Assembly (NCBI GenBank): GCA_003170085.1
Contig: PMZT01000065.1
Span: forward strand, 3,272 to 26,470
From: Planctomycetia bacterium
GTDB lineage: Bacteria; Planctomycetota; Phycisphaerae; FEN-1346
DNA: 23,199 bases
Direction: 5' to 3'
Below are positions 7,917 to 15,881 of this stretch, in pieces; position 1 is the stretch's first letter, and each line of letters starts with the position of its first letter. The notes beneath the pieces are model-generated. The model made no database searches. It had not been told where the DNA came from and was given only the letters and a program-made list of their open reading frames with translations. The position numbers and the translations under genes were made by a program.

Positions 7917-8009
7917 AGTCCAAGGTCCAAAGTCAGCGGACCAAGGACCGCGGTGAAGGTCTTTAACGATCTGTCGACTTTGGACTTTGGACATTGGACC
8001 TTGGACTAT
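7903..8009. repeat. Large palindrome built from 7-bp repeats. Forward GTCCAAG/GTCCAAA x4 (7903-7930) then GTCAGCG GACCAAG GACCGCG, a ~25-bp spacer, then inverted TTTGGAC TTTGGAC ATTGGAC CTTGGAC (7978-8006).
   Basis: Read directly: ttgaGTCCAAGGTCCAAAGTCCAAGGTCCAAAGTCagcggaccaaggaccgcggtgaaggtctttaacgatctgtcGACTTTGGACTTTGGACATTGGACCTTGGACtatttcg. The stop codon (TAG, complement of cta at 8006-8008) of the TPR gene lies inside the right arm. Confidence 0.85.
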
Positions 8010-8692
8010 TTCGTCTGCGGCTTCGGCGCGGGCAACTGCGCCCCCGACGGCGAGATCTCCGACAGCGTGGCCGAGAGGTCCGGCTGGACGGGGGCCAGCT
8101 CCAGGCTCTTGCGGAGTTCCTGGACGGCCTTCTCGCGGTCGCCGGTCTTCAGGAGCAGCATGGCGTACTCGCGATGGGCCCTGGGGTTCTCGGGGTCGGC
8201 CGCCACGCCCTTGGCCAGCCACAGCTTGGCCCCGGCCACGTCGTCGCGCTTAAGGCAGAACATAGCCGCATTGATGAATGCCTCGGCGGTGTACGGGTTG
8301 GACGTGGTGCCGGCCACGAGGACTTCGTAGGCCTTCTCGGGGTCCTTCTTCTCGACATAGCACTGGGCCTTGTTCTGGAAGGCCGCCACGAGGCCGGCGT
8401 TCAGGTGTGTCGCCATATCGTAGTTGAAGATCGCCTGGTCGAAGTGGCCGAGGGCCTGCTCGCACATGCCGCGGTTGTAGTAGAACTCGCCCACGTCGGG
8501 ATTGGTCGCGATGGCCTCCTCAAAGCCGGCCCGCGCGCGGGTGTAATCGCCGGCGCGGTAGGCCTCAAGGCCGGCCTGGTTGTACTTGATCGACGGGTCC
8601 TCGCAGCCGGGGGCCGCCAGCAGAACCGACGCCAGGATCAAGGCCGCCGACAGCAGCCGGGATGCAAACCGAGAAGTTGTGTGCGACACCAT
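8006..8692 (-). CDS. TPR-repeat lipoprotein
   Basis: ORF 8006..8722(-). Preferred start ATG at 8692 gives [30 protein letters not shown] (signal peptide with a lipobox-like Cys). The body has about 5 TPR-like helical repeats (AY..G.Y..A...F..A). An upstream in-frame ATG at 8722 is also possible. Confidence 0.65.
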   Translation of the reverse strand: MVSHTTSRFASRLLSAALILASVLLAAPGCEDPSIKYNQAGLEAYRAGDYTRARAGFEEAIATNPDVGEFYYNRGMCEQALGHFDQAIFNYDMATHLNAGLVAAFQNKAQCYVEKKDPEKAYEVLVAGTTSNPYTAEAFINAAMFCLKRDDVAGAKLWLAKGVAADPENPRAHREYAMLLLKTGDREKAVQELRKSLELAPVQPDLSATLSEISPSGAQLPAPKPQTK

Positions 8693-8821
8693 GAGAACCT
8701 CCTGTCGGTGTGAGTCAGACAAACGCCGCTCCGCCTCTGGTCCGTTGGATTATCCTTCTTCCGTACCACGGGTTTCAAGCAAAAAGCCCCGGATGCCGCA
8801 ATGCCGAGTCGCGTGTTTCCC

Positions 8822-8851
8822 TTGCGAACGTGCCCCGAGCGGGCGTATAAT
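8822..8851 (+). promoter_or_regulatory. Candidate sigma70-like promoter for hisF (TTGCGA, 18-nt spacer, TATAAT)
   Basis: cTTGCGAacgtgccccgagcgggcgTATAATcc. Perfect -10 hexamer, about 38 nt upstream of the GTG start at 8889. Confidence 0.4.
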
Positions 8852-8888
8852 CCCCGTTTTACGAGTTCGGCGGGGAAAGCGGTGTCCT

Positions 8889-9689
8889 GTGCTGGCAAAG
8901 CGTGTCATTCCGTGCCTCGACGTCGAAGGCGGCCGCGTGGTCAAGGGGACGAAGTTCCTTGACCTCAGGGACGCCGGCGACCCTGTCGAGGTGGCGGCGC
9001 GGTACGACGCCGAGGGCGCCGACGAGCTGGTGTTCCTTGACATCACGGCCAGCCACGAGGCCCGCGACATCCTCCTCGACATCGTCCGCCACACGGCCGA
9101 GCAGATCTTCATGCCGCTGACGGTGGGCGGGGGCATCCGCACGATCGAGGACATCCGCCGGCTCCTCCAGGCCGGCTGCGACAAGGTCTCGATCAACTCG
9201 GCGGCGGTGCGCGACCCCGATTTCGTCCGCCGCGCGTCCGACCGTTTCGGCAGCCAGTGCATCGTTGTGGCGATCGACCCCAAGCGGGTCATCGAGAACG
9301 GCCGCGAGGTGTGGCGCGTCCACATCAACGGCGGCCGCGTGCCGACCGACAAGGAGGCCGTGTCGTGGGCCCGGCAGGTCGAGGCCCTCGGGGCCGGCGA
9401 ACTCCTCCTGACGAGCATGGATGCCGACGGCACGCAGGACGGCTATGACATCCCGATGACCCGGGCCGTGGCCGAGACGGTCACGATCCCCGTCATCGCC
9501 AGCGGCGGGTGCGGGTCGCCCGAGCACATGGTCCGCGTGCTGACCGAGGGCAAGGCCGACGCGGCCCTGGCGGCCAGCATCTTCCATTATCGCAAGTTCT
9601 CGGTGGCCGAGGCGAAAGAGGTCATGGCGCGGGCGGGGGTGCCGGTGAGGATGAGTCCAAAGTCTGAAGTCCAAGGTCCAAAGTCATGA
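8889..9689 (+). CDS. hisF: Imidazole glycerol phosphate synthase, cyclase subunit HisF
   Basis: GTG start giving (M)[22 protein letters not shown]..; canonical HisF (beta/alpha)8 motifs ([26 protein letters not shown]). The ORF track extends upstream to 8580 with no support. The last ~12 codons ([12 protein letters not shown]) are encoded by the heptamer-repeat tract. The stop TGA at 9687-9689 overlaps the next gene's ATG (ATGA). Confidence 0.9.
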   Translation: MLAKRVIPCLDVEGGRVVKGTKFLDLRDAGDPVEVAARYDAEGADELVFLDITASHEARDILLDIVRHTAEQIFMPLTVGGGIRTIEDIRRLLQAGCDKVSINSAAVRDPDFVRRASDRFGSQCIVVAIDPKRVIENGREVWRVHINGGRVPTDKEAVSWARQVEALGAGELLLTSMDADGTQDGYDIPMTRAVAETVTIPVIASGGCGSPEHMVRVLTEGKADAALAASIFHYRKFSVAEAKEVMARAGVPVRMSPKSEVQGPKS

Positions 9690-9690
9690 G
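9653..9690. repeat. Heptamer tract (GAGTCCA AAGTCTG AAGTCCA AGGTCCA AAGTCAT GAGTCGA), same GTCCAAR family as 7903-8009, spanning the hisF stop and pilT start
   Basis: Read directly. Strict 7-bp periodicity with AAGTCCA/AGGTCCA units identical to those at 7903-7930. Confidence 0.75.
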
Positions 9691-10783
9691 TCGAAACCTG
9701 ACAGCGGCGGACCTTTTTCGGCTGGCGCTCGAGCGCCAGGCCTCGGACGTCCACCTGAAGTCCGGGCAGCCGCCGCTCCTGCGCACGAGCGGCACGATCG
9801 CCCCAACCGACTTGCCGGTCCTGGGCCACGCCGAGATTCTCGCCCTCGCGCAGGCGATCATGAGCGAGCCCGTGCGCCGGAGATTCGACGAGACCGGCAG
9901 CGTGGACTTCGCCTACGAGCTGGAATCGGGCGACCGATTCCGCGTCAACGCCTTCCGCCAGCGCGGGCACGCCAGCCTGGTGGCCCGGCGGGTCAACCGC
10001 ACCATCCCCTCGTTTGCCGAGCTGCATCTGCCGGCGACAACACTGGAGCGGGTCTGCCAGGCCACGCAGGGGCTGGTGATCTTCGCGGGCGTGCGCGGCA
10101 CGGGCAAGTCGACCAGCCTGGCGGCGTGCCTGGAACACATCAACCGCCATCGGCGCTGCCACATCGTGACGGTGGAGGACCCGATCGAGTTCTCCTTCGA
10201 CGACAAGCAGGCGTTCATCAACCAGCGCGAGGTTGGGACCGACGTGCCAACCTTCGACGAGGCGCTGCGGTGCCTGGCGCGCGAGGATCCCGACGTGGTT
10301 CTCGTGGGCGAGGTGCGCGATCGGAACACCTGCGAGAGCGTTCTCCGGGCCGCCGAGGCCACGCGCCTCGTATTCACCACGGTCCATGCGAAGAGCGCCC
10401 CGGCGGTCATCGCCCGGATCCTCGAGATGACCCAGGGCGAGGACCGGCGGCTCTTCCGCGAGATGCTCGCCTCGAGTCTCGTGACCATCATCTGCCAGGT
10501 CCTGGTGCCCGCGTCGGACCCGAACGTGGCGCGCGTCCCGGCCACCGAGGTCCTCATGGCCACGCCGTCGGTCCGCAAGATGATCGCCGACGGCGAGGAC
10601 GCCCGGCTCGAGGCCGTCATTGCCGCCCACAACGACCAGGGCATGCACAACTTCACGCAGGACCTGGCGCGCCTGGTGAAAGAAGAATGGGTGGACCTGA
10701 AGGTCGCCCTCGAAATGGCTCCAAACCCGGAGGCCCTGAAAATGGCCGTCCGCGGTGTTTCGCTTCAACAGGGAACCCTTTGA
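9686..10783 (+). CDS. pilT: PilT-like twitching-motility / type IV pilus retraction ATPase (PilT/PilU family)
   Basis: 365 aa, colinear with PilT. Walker [10 protein letters not shown] (fits GxxxxGKS), Asp box VTVEDPIEF, Walker [13 protein letters not shown], His box TTVHAKS, all at PilT-like spacing. The start is translationally coupled to hisF (ATGA overlap). Confidence 0.8.
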   Translation: MSRNLTAADLFRLALERQASDVHLKSGQPPLLRTSGTIAPTDLPVLGHAEILALAQAIMSEPVRRRFDETGSVDFAYELESGDRFRVNAFRQRGHASLVARRVNRTIPSFAELHLPATTLERVCQATQGLVIFAGVRGTGKSTSLAACLEHINRHRRCHIVTVEDPIEFSFDDKQAFINQREVGTDVPTFDEALRCLAREDPDVVLVGEVRDRNTCESVLRAAEATRLVFTTVHAKSAPAVIARILEMTQGEDRRLFREMLASSLVTIICQVLVPASDPNVARVPATEVLMATPSVRKMIADGEDARLEAVIAAHNDQGMHNFTQDLARLVKEEWVDLKVALEMAPNPEALKMAVRGVSLQQGTL

Positions 10784-10810
10784 TGAATCCGATAGCGCTT
10801 TGCATTAGGG

Positions 10811-10838
10811 TGGCATGCCCACGCTTTTTGCGTGGGCC
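10811..10838. other. Hairpin (gcatGCCCACGCtttttGCGTGGGCctg) in the 60-nt gap between pilT and the next gene
   Basis: 8-bp GC-rich stem with a TTTTT loop. No downstream U-run, so it is not a classical terminator. Confidence 0.3.
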
Positions 10839-10842
10839 TGTG

Positions 10843-12729
10843 ATGCCCCGTTCACACAGCATGCCCACGCAACGGCGGCCCGCCGCGGCGGGCAGGCTGT
10901 GGGCATGCCACCCGGCCCTTAGAAATGGGCTGGCCCTTCTCGCCACGGCGGCGCTGGTCCTGGCCCTTGCCACGGCGGCGCACGCCGGCCCCGCGCCCGA
11001 GAAGGACGCCAAGGCCCCGGCGGAAAAGGCCAAGGCCGCCGCGCCAGCCCCCGCGCCGCCTCCGCAGTTCGTGTCGGAGCCCGAGGGTTTCGCACGGCCG
11101 CATATCTCTTCGTCAACAGAGCTCAACGTGAGCATCATCAAGGTCGTCCTGTGCGTCCTGTTCGCCGGGGTCGTCTTCCACGTGACCCACTGGACGTTCC
11201 TCGACGTGCGGGCGGTGAACACGAAGGAAGTCCTCTGGGAGAGCGTGGTCCTGGGCAGCGGGGTGGCCGGCCTTGCCGCCGCGATCCTGGTGCCGATGTT
11301 CTACGTCGGCCTGCCGCTGGGCATCCTCCTGTTCGGCGGCGGCGCCGTGGCTTACGCCATGCACCGCAACGGCCTCGTCGACCCGCCTTTCCACGTGCTG
11401 ACGGCCGAGCATTTCGGACGGATCAAGCGCCGCCTGTTCCGGCAGAGGGAAGACGTGGAATCGGAAGGCCCGGTCCTCGGCACCGGCCACGACGTCATCT
11501 TCATGGGTCTCGACGACATCCCGATTCGCCTTGAAGGCACCGCCAAGCACGAGCGCGAGGCCAACCGCGAGATCGAGCGGTTTTTCTACCAGGCGATCAC
11601 CCGCGGCGCCACGATGATCGGGTATCTGGCGCGGCCGCAGAAGGGCGAGGTCCGGTTCAGAGTCGCCGGTGAGATCGCTCCCGGCGGCGATATCGACCCG
11701 CCCGCCTCGGAGTTCGTTGCCGCCTCCCTCAAGCGCCTGGCCGGCCTTGACCCCAGCGAGGTCCGCAAGCCGCAGGAAGGACGCTGCCGGGCCGTCGTCG
11801 AGGCCAAGACCTACGAGCTGCGCGTCAAGGCGGCCGGCACGGTCAAGGGCGAGCAGGTGGCGATCCGCATCATCGACCTGGCGGCCAGCCAGATGCGCCT
11901 CGACCAACTCGGCCTGGGCGAGACCCAGATCGTGGGGCTCCAGGAAGGGCTGGCGGCGAAGCCCGGCCTGGTCATCCTCTCGGGCCCGAAGGACTCGGGC
12001 TTGACCACGACGCTTCACGCATGCCTGAGGAACTATGACCGTTACTCGAACAACATCATCGCCTTCGAACCGCACATCGACGTTGAAGTCGAGAACGTGA
12101 ACCACGTGGTCGTGAGCCAGGAGGACGGGCCGATTGCGGCGGCCGAAGTGCAAAAGCACACGCGGCTGGAGCCCGACGTCGTGTCGTTCGACGCCCTCTC
12201 GCTGAGCGAGATCGCCCAGGTCCTGGCCGAAGCCGCCCAGGAGCACACGGTGCTGGTGGGCCTCCGCGCCGCCGACACGATGCAGGCGATCGTCCGCATG
12301 AGCGAGCTTCTGGGCTCGACCGAGCCGCTGGCGGCGCGGCTCCAGGTCGTTCTCAACCAGCGGCTGGTCCGGCTGCTCTGCCCCCAGTGCAAGGAGGCGT
12401 ACCGGCCGAATCCGGAGTTCCTCCGCAAGTCGAACCTCACGAGCCACCAGGTCGACGTGCTGTATCGTCCGCCGACCAAGACCGACGAGGGCGCCGCCCC
12501 GTGTCCGCAGTGCCACGACGACCGGTTCATCGGCCGGACGGCCATCTTCGAACTGATGCCGATCGACCAGACCGCCCGCGACATGATCGGCAGCGGCGAC
12601 AACCTTAACGAACTGAGAACCTATGGCCGCAAGGCGGGAATGCTGAACCTCCAGGAAGAGGGGCTGCGGCTGGTCCTCGCCGGGCGCACCAGCATCGACG
12701 AAGTGCTGCGGGCGATCAAGGCAACGTAG
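10843..12729 (+). CDS. Membrane-anchored GspE/PilB-family (type II secretion / type IV pilus assembly ATPase fold) protein with degenerate ATPase motifs: a predicted pseudo-ATPase
   Basis: Preferred start ATG at 10843 (alternative 10861). The long ORF-track start at 10126 overlaps pilT and is unsupported. N-terminus: signal-like segment (LALLATAALVLALATAAHA), a Pro/Ala/Lys-rich linker, then about 3 TM helices. The cytoplasmic part aligns with GspE/PilB N2 and ATPase domains (EVRFRVAGEI.., AIRIIDL). The C-terminal tetracysteine is conserved (CPQC..x..CPQC). Walker A reads GPKDSGLT instead of GPTGSGKT (Lys lost). The Walker B region reads EPDVVSFDALS (no DxxxxGEIRD Glu). The His box reads GLRA instead of TLHT. 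Confidence 0.7.
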   Translation: MPRSHSMPTQRRPAAAGRLWACHPALRNGLALLATAALVLALATAAHAGPAPEKDAKAPAEKAKAAAPAPAPPPQFVSEPEGFARPHISSSTELNVSIIKVVLCVLFAGVVFHVTHWTFLDVRAVNTKEVLWESVVLGSGVAGLAAAILVPMFYVGLPLGILLFGGGAVAYAMHRNGLVDPPFHVLTAEHFGRIKRRLFRQREDVESEGPVLGTGHDVIFMGLDDIPIRLEGTAKHEREANREIERFFYQAITRGATMIGYLARPQKGEVRFRVAGEIAPGGDIDPPASEFVAASLKRLAGLDPSEVRKPQEGRCRAVVEAKTYELRVKAAGTVKGEQVAIRIIDLAASQMRLDQLGLGETQIVGLQEGLAAKPGLVILSGPKDSGLTTTLHACLRNYDRYSNNIIAFEPHIDVEVENVNHVVVSQEDGPIAAAEVQKHTRLEPDVVSFDALSLSEIAQVLAEAAQEHTVLVGLRAADTMQAIVRMSELLGSTEPLAARLQVVLNQRLVRLLCPQCKEAYRPNPEFLRKSNLTSHQVDVLYRPPTKTDEGAAPCPQCHDDRFIGRTAIFELMPIDQTARDMIGSGDNLNELRTYGRKAGMLNLQEEGLRLVLAGRTSIDEVLRAIKAT

Positions 12730-12772
12730 TCCGGAGTCCCAGGTTTCAAGTTCAAAGTGAAGCGTGCGGGGC
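12730..12772. repeat. Degenerate heptamer tract (GTCCGGA GTCCCAG GTTTCAA GTTCAAA GTGAAGC GTGCGGG) between the PilB-like and CvpA-like genes
   Basis: 7-bp periodicity with GT-initial units, a diverged relative of the GTCCAAR tracts. Confidence 0.45.
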
Positions 12773-12796
12773 GTCTTTGCGTAAGAAAGGTTAACC

Positions 12797-14272
12797 GTGA
12801 TTCTGAGCATTTTCGCTCTTCTCGGCATGCTGGGCGTTGCTTACATGTGCATGGTCCAGGGCATCTACCGCGCCGCCATGACGCTGGTGGCGTGCGTGCT
12901 GGCCGGCGCCATCGCCTTCGGTGTCTTTGGGCCGCTGACGGCCGCCATTTTCCCGCGCCCGCCGAGCAGTATCGGCGTAGCCACCACCTGGTACTTTGCC
13001 GGCGACGCGATCGTCCTGTGGGCGGTGTTCTGCGTGGCGTTCTTGCTCCTGCGCACGATCGGCGAGAAGCTCTTTCCGAACGAGCCGCACTTTCCGGCCC
13101 TCGCCAACCGCATCGGCGGGTTCGTCCTCGGCCTGCCAACGGGCTACCTTTCGGTCGGCATCTGCATGATCCTGCTCCAGATGCTTCCGACCGCCCCCGA
13201 ACTGCTCGGATACCAGGCGTTCAGGTACGTGCCGGCGTCCAAGAGCGGCCCCGAGCGGATCGAGGCCGGCGAGCCGCTCTGGCTCGAGTGGGATCGCCGG
13301 ACGCTGGCGTTCTTCGATTACCTCTCGGCCCACCCGCTCGGGTCGAAGGAGTCGACCCTGTATGAGCGCTACGGCGACCTCTATCCGCCCAAGGAGAAGC
13401 GCGGCGAGGGCTACGAGCCCACGGTCGACGCCGACGACGTGCTCTACTTCCACTGGTATCGCCGCTGGGAATTCATCCAGTGGCAGATGAAGACGAACCC
13501 CGGCGGGCCGCTGCCGCAGATGGGCGACGCCGTCGCCGTGCCCCTCGTGGCCGGCCGCACCGGCGGCCTGCCCGACCTTCAGTTGCAGGTCAGCGAGAAG
13601 CCCGCGCGGATGGACCTCCTGCCGGACTTCGAGGGCGCCCAGCCTCCCGCCGGCCAGGACTTCGTCGTCGTGAAGGTCCTCTTCAAGCTCGTCGGACGCG
13701 GGCAGCGCCGCATCGAAACCAGCCAGTTCTTCCTGAAGGACACGCGGGGGGTGCGGTACAAGTTCCCGTTGATCTACGGCCTGGCCGTGGCCAGTGCCAA
13801 GACCGGCATCATCGTTCCGAATCCGGGCGCCGTGCCGCCCGAGGTGCGGCCGCAGAGCCTGCGGTATGGGTTCGCGCCCGAACAGGCCGGCGGCCATTAC
13901 CTCATGGATAGCGCCTCCTTCGACTTCAAGGAGGCCAAGCAGGTGGAGGTCCGGTCGCTGGTCTTCCTTGTGCCCAAGACCGTGGCAATGGACAAGCTGC
14001 AACTGTTCATCTCGGCCATCCCGCTAATGGGTATGCCGGTGCGGCCGACGGAGGTCAAGCCCGCGGCCAAGCCCCCCGAGATCAAGCCGCCGGCCGCGAA
14101 GGCGCCGACCCCCGGCACCGCCGGCACGGGGCCGGCCGCTCCGGCAAGCCCGGCAGCGCCAGGGACGGGCTCGGCAGCGCCCGCCGCCAAGCCGGCCGTC
14201 GCGCCGACGACCGCGCCTGCGGCGACCGCGCCCGCGGCGCCCGCGGCCCCCGCACCGGCACCGGCGAAGTAA
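12797..14272 (+). CDS. CvpA-family membrane protein (N-terminal 4-TM colicin V production-like domain) with a large C-terminal domain and a Pro/Ala-rich tail
   Basis: GTG start preceded by GAAAGG (12784-12789). Four TM helices in the first ~150 aa, arranged as in CvpA/DedE. Then a ~250-aa soluble domain with no recognisable motif. Then a 60-aa tail rich in P, A, K and T (KPAAKPPEIKPPAAKAPTPGTAGTGPAAP...APAPAPAK). Confidence 0.55.
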   Translation: MILSIFALLGMLGVAYMCMVQGIYRAAMTLVACVLAGAIAFGVFGPLTAAIFPRPPSSIGVATTWYFAGDAIVLWAVFCVAFLLLRTIGEKLFPNEPHFPALANRIGGFVLGLPTGYLSVGICMILLQMLPTAPELLGYQAFRYVPASKSGPERIEAGEPLWLEWDRRTLAFFDYLSAHPLGSKESTLYERYGDLYPPKEKRGEGYEPTVDADDVLYFHWYRRWEFIQWQMKTNPGGPLPQMGDAVAVPLVAGRTGGLPDLQLQVSEKPARMDLLPDFEGAQPPAGQDFVVVKVLFKLVGRGQRRIETSQFFLKDTRGVRYKFPLIYGLAVASAKTGIIVPNPGAVPPEVRPQSLRYGFAPEQAGGHYLMDSASFDFKEAKQVEVRSLVFLVPKTVAMDKLQLFISAIPLMGMPVRPTEVKPAAKPPEIKPPAAKAPTPGTAGTGPAAPASPAAPGTGSAAPAAKPAVAPTTAPAATAPAAPAAPAPAPAK

Positions 14273-14310
14273 TCGCCTGCGGCCGTTGTCGCAGATTTTG
14301 CTTCACCCTT

Positions 14311-14338
14311 GTTAATCGCGGTGCGCCGCGTATTATGT
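14311..14338 (+). promoter_or_regulatory. Candidate sigma70-like promoter for tldD (TTGTTA, 16-nt spacer, TATTAT)
   Basis: ccTTGTTAatcgcggtgcgccgcgTATTATgtg. It would place the transcription start downstream of the ATG at 14335, which favours the ATG at 14380 as the tldD start. Confidence 0.3.
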
Positions 14339-14379
14339 GCGAAACGTCGCATGCAACAGATCATGGACTCCGACGCGCC

Positions 14380-15783
14380 ATGGAAGACCTGGCTCGATAC
14401 ATCTGCGACCTTGCCAAGCGACGCGGCGCCGCATTCGCCGACGTCCGCATCCTCCACCGCCAGAGCGAGAGCATCCTCGTTCAGGACGGCAAGGCCGACA
14501 AGCTCTCGACGTACACCGACCGCGGCATCGGCGTCCGGGTGCTCATCGGCCGGTGCTGGGGCTTCGCCTCGGCCGACAGCCTCCTCAGGCGCCGGGGCGA
14601 GCGGTGCCTCTCCGATGCACTGGCCCTGGCGAAGGCCTCGGAGCCGTTCGTCAGCGACCCCGCCATGATGGCGGCCGTAACGCCGGTCCAGGCCGAGGAC
14701 ATCCGCCAGCCCGAGATTCCGCCCAACGCCATGCCGGTCAAGGAGAAGACCGCGCGGCTGCTGGAGTACGAGCGGACGGGCCGCAAGGCCGGCGGCGACG
14801 CCATCGTCAATTCCGTCGTCAGCTACTCCGACGGCCAGCGCGAGGAGGTCCTCGCGAACACCGCCGGCACGCTGGTCCGCACCGCCGTCAGCCGCGCCGT
14901 CGCCACCTGCCTCCTGGTGGCCAGTAACGGCCATATCCTCCAGCGCGGCACCGAGTACCGGGGGATCGCCGGCGGGGCCGAGCTGCTGCGGCGGACGACC
15001 CCCGAGGAGTTCTCGATCCGCGCCGCCGAGAAGGCCCTCGCGCTCCTCAAGGCCCGCGCTGCCCCGGCCGGGCGGTTCACGGTCATCTTCCACCCGTCGA
15101 TCACGGGCCTGCTGGTGCACGAGGCGCTCGGGCACAACGCCGAGGCCGACGCCGTGTGGGCCGGCCAGAGCATTCTCGAGGGCCGCCTGGGCGAGGAACT
15201 CGCCGCCAAAAGCGTTTCGATCTATGACGATTCGACGATCCCCGGCGCCTTCGGCTCGTACGCCTACGATTCCGAGGGCACGCCGAGCGCCCGGCGCACG
15301 ATCATCGAGAACGGCAAGCTGGTCTCGTTCCTCCACAGCCTGGAGACCGCCGCCAAGTTCAAGGCCGCCCCCACCGGCAGCGCCCGGGCCGACAGCTACG
15401 ACTCGCGGCCCATCGTGCGGATGTCGAACACGTTCATGGGCCGCGGCACGGTGCCCCTGGCCGACATGATGCGCGGCGTGGAGCGCGGCATTTACCTCCA
15501 GGACGGGCACTGGGGCTACGTCTTCGTGCAGAAAGGCCAGTTCATCTGCCACGCGGGCCAGGCCCGCATGATCGAGAAGGGCGAACTGGGCGAGCCCCTG
15601 CGCGACGTTTCGATCTCGAGCATGACGCTCGATACCCTGAAGCACATCGACGCCGTGGGCGATGATTTCGAAATGAAGATGCCCGGGATGTGCGGCAAAG
15701 AGGGGCAGTCGGCCCCGACGGACTGCGGCGGCCCGCACGTCCGCGTCGGCGACATCGTCGTCGGCGGCCACCACGGCGCGTGA
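14380..15783 (+). CDS. tldD: Metalloprotease TldD (TldD/PmbA family, HExxxH-containing subunit)
   Basis: HEALGHNAE zinc motif and C-terminal GxC..C motifs (MPGMCGKEGQSAPTDCGGPHV). It is colinear with TldD. The in-frame ATG at 14335 is an alternative start. Confidence 0.85.
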   Translation: MEDLARYICDLAKRRGAAFADVRILHRQSESILVQDGKADKLSTYTDRGIGVRVLIGRCWGFASADSLLRRRGERCLSDALALAKASEPFVSDPAMMAAVTPVQAEDIRQPEIPPNAMPVKEKTARLLEYERTGRKAGGDAIVNSVVSYSDGQREEVLANTAGTLVRTAVSRAVATCLLVASNGHILQRGTEYRGIAGGAELLRRTTPEEFSIRAAEKALALLKARAAPAGRFTVIFHPSITGLLVHEALGHNAEADAVWAGQSILEGRLGEELAAKSVSIYDDSTIPGAFGSYAYDSEGTPSARRTIIENGKLVSFLHSLETAAKFKAAPTGSARADSYDSRPIVRMSNTFMGRGTVPLADMMRGVERGIYLQDGHWGYVFVQKGQFICHAGQARMIEKGELGEPLRDVSISSMTLDTLKHIDAVGDDFEMKMPGMCGKEGQSAPTDCGGPHVRVGDIVVGGHHGA

Positions 15784-15802
15784 GGCGCCGAAGAGCGGAT
15801 TG

Positions 15803-15830
15803 GCGCGGCGGGTCTCCGTACCCGCCGCGC
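15803..15830 (+). repeat. REP-like GC hairpin, copy 3 (GCGCGGCGGGTctccgtACCCGCCGCGC), 20 nt after the tldD stop
   Basis: Identical stem to copy 1 at 6684-6711, with a loop differing by one base. Confidence 0.7.
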
Positions 15831-15881
15831 AACGTAGCACGGGAGCCGTAGCCGCAACCCGAACGGAAGCGCGAGAAGAGC

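Noticed and set aside
8580-8888. Upstream extension of the hisF ORF to 8580
   Set aside because: It crosses the divergent promoter region and the TPR gene start. HisF homology begins at the GTG at 8889 ([11 protein letters not shown]), directly after a TATAAT promoter.
10811-10838. Hairpin with TTTTT loop as an intrinsic terminator after pilT
   Set aside because: There is no U-tract downstream on either strand and the next gene starts 5 nt later. It is listed as a structure only, not called a terminator.
10126-10842. Upstream in-frame extension of the PilB-like ORF (track start 10126)
   Set aside because: It overlaps about 650 nt of the well-supported pilT gene in another frame, and the overlap reads as Arg/Pro/Gly-rich nonsense. 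The ATGs at 10843 and 10861 after the pilT stop give a sensible signal/TM N-terminus.
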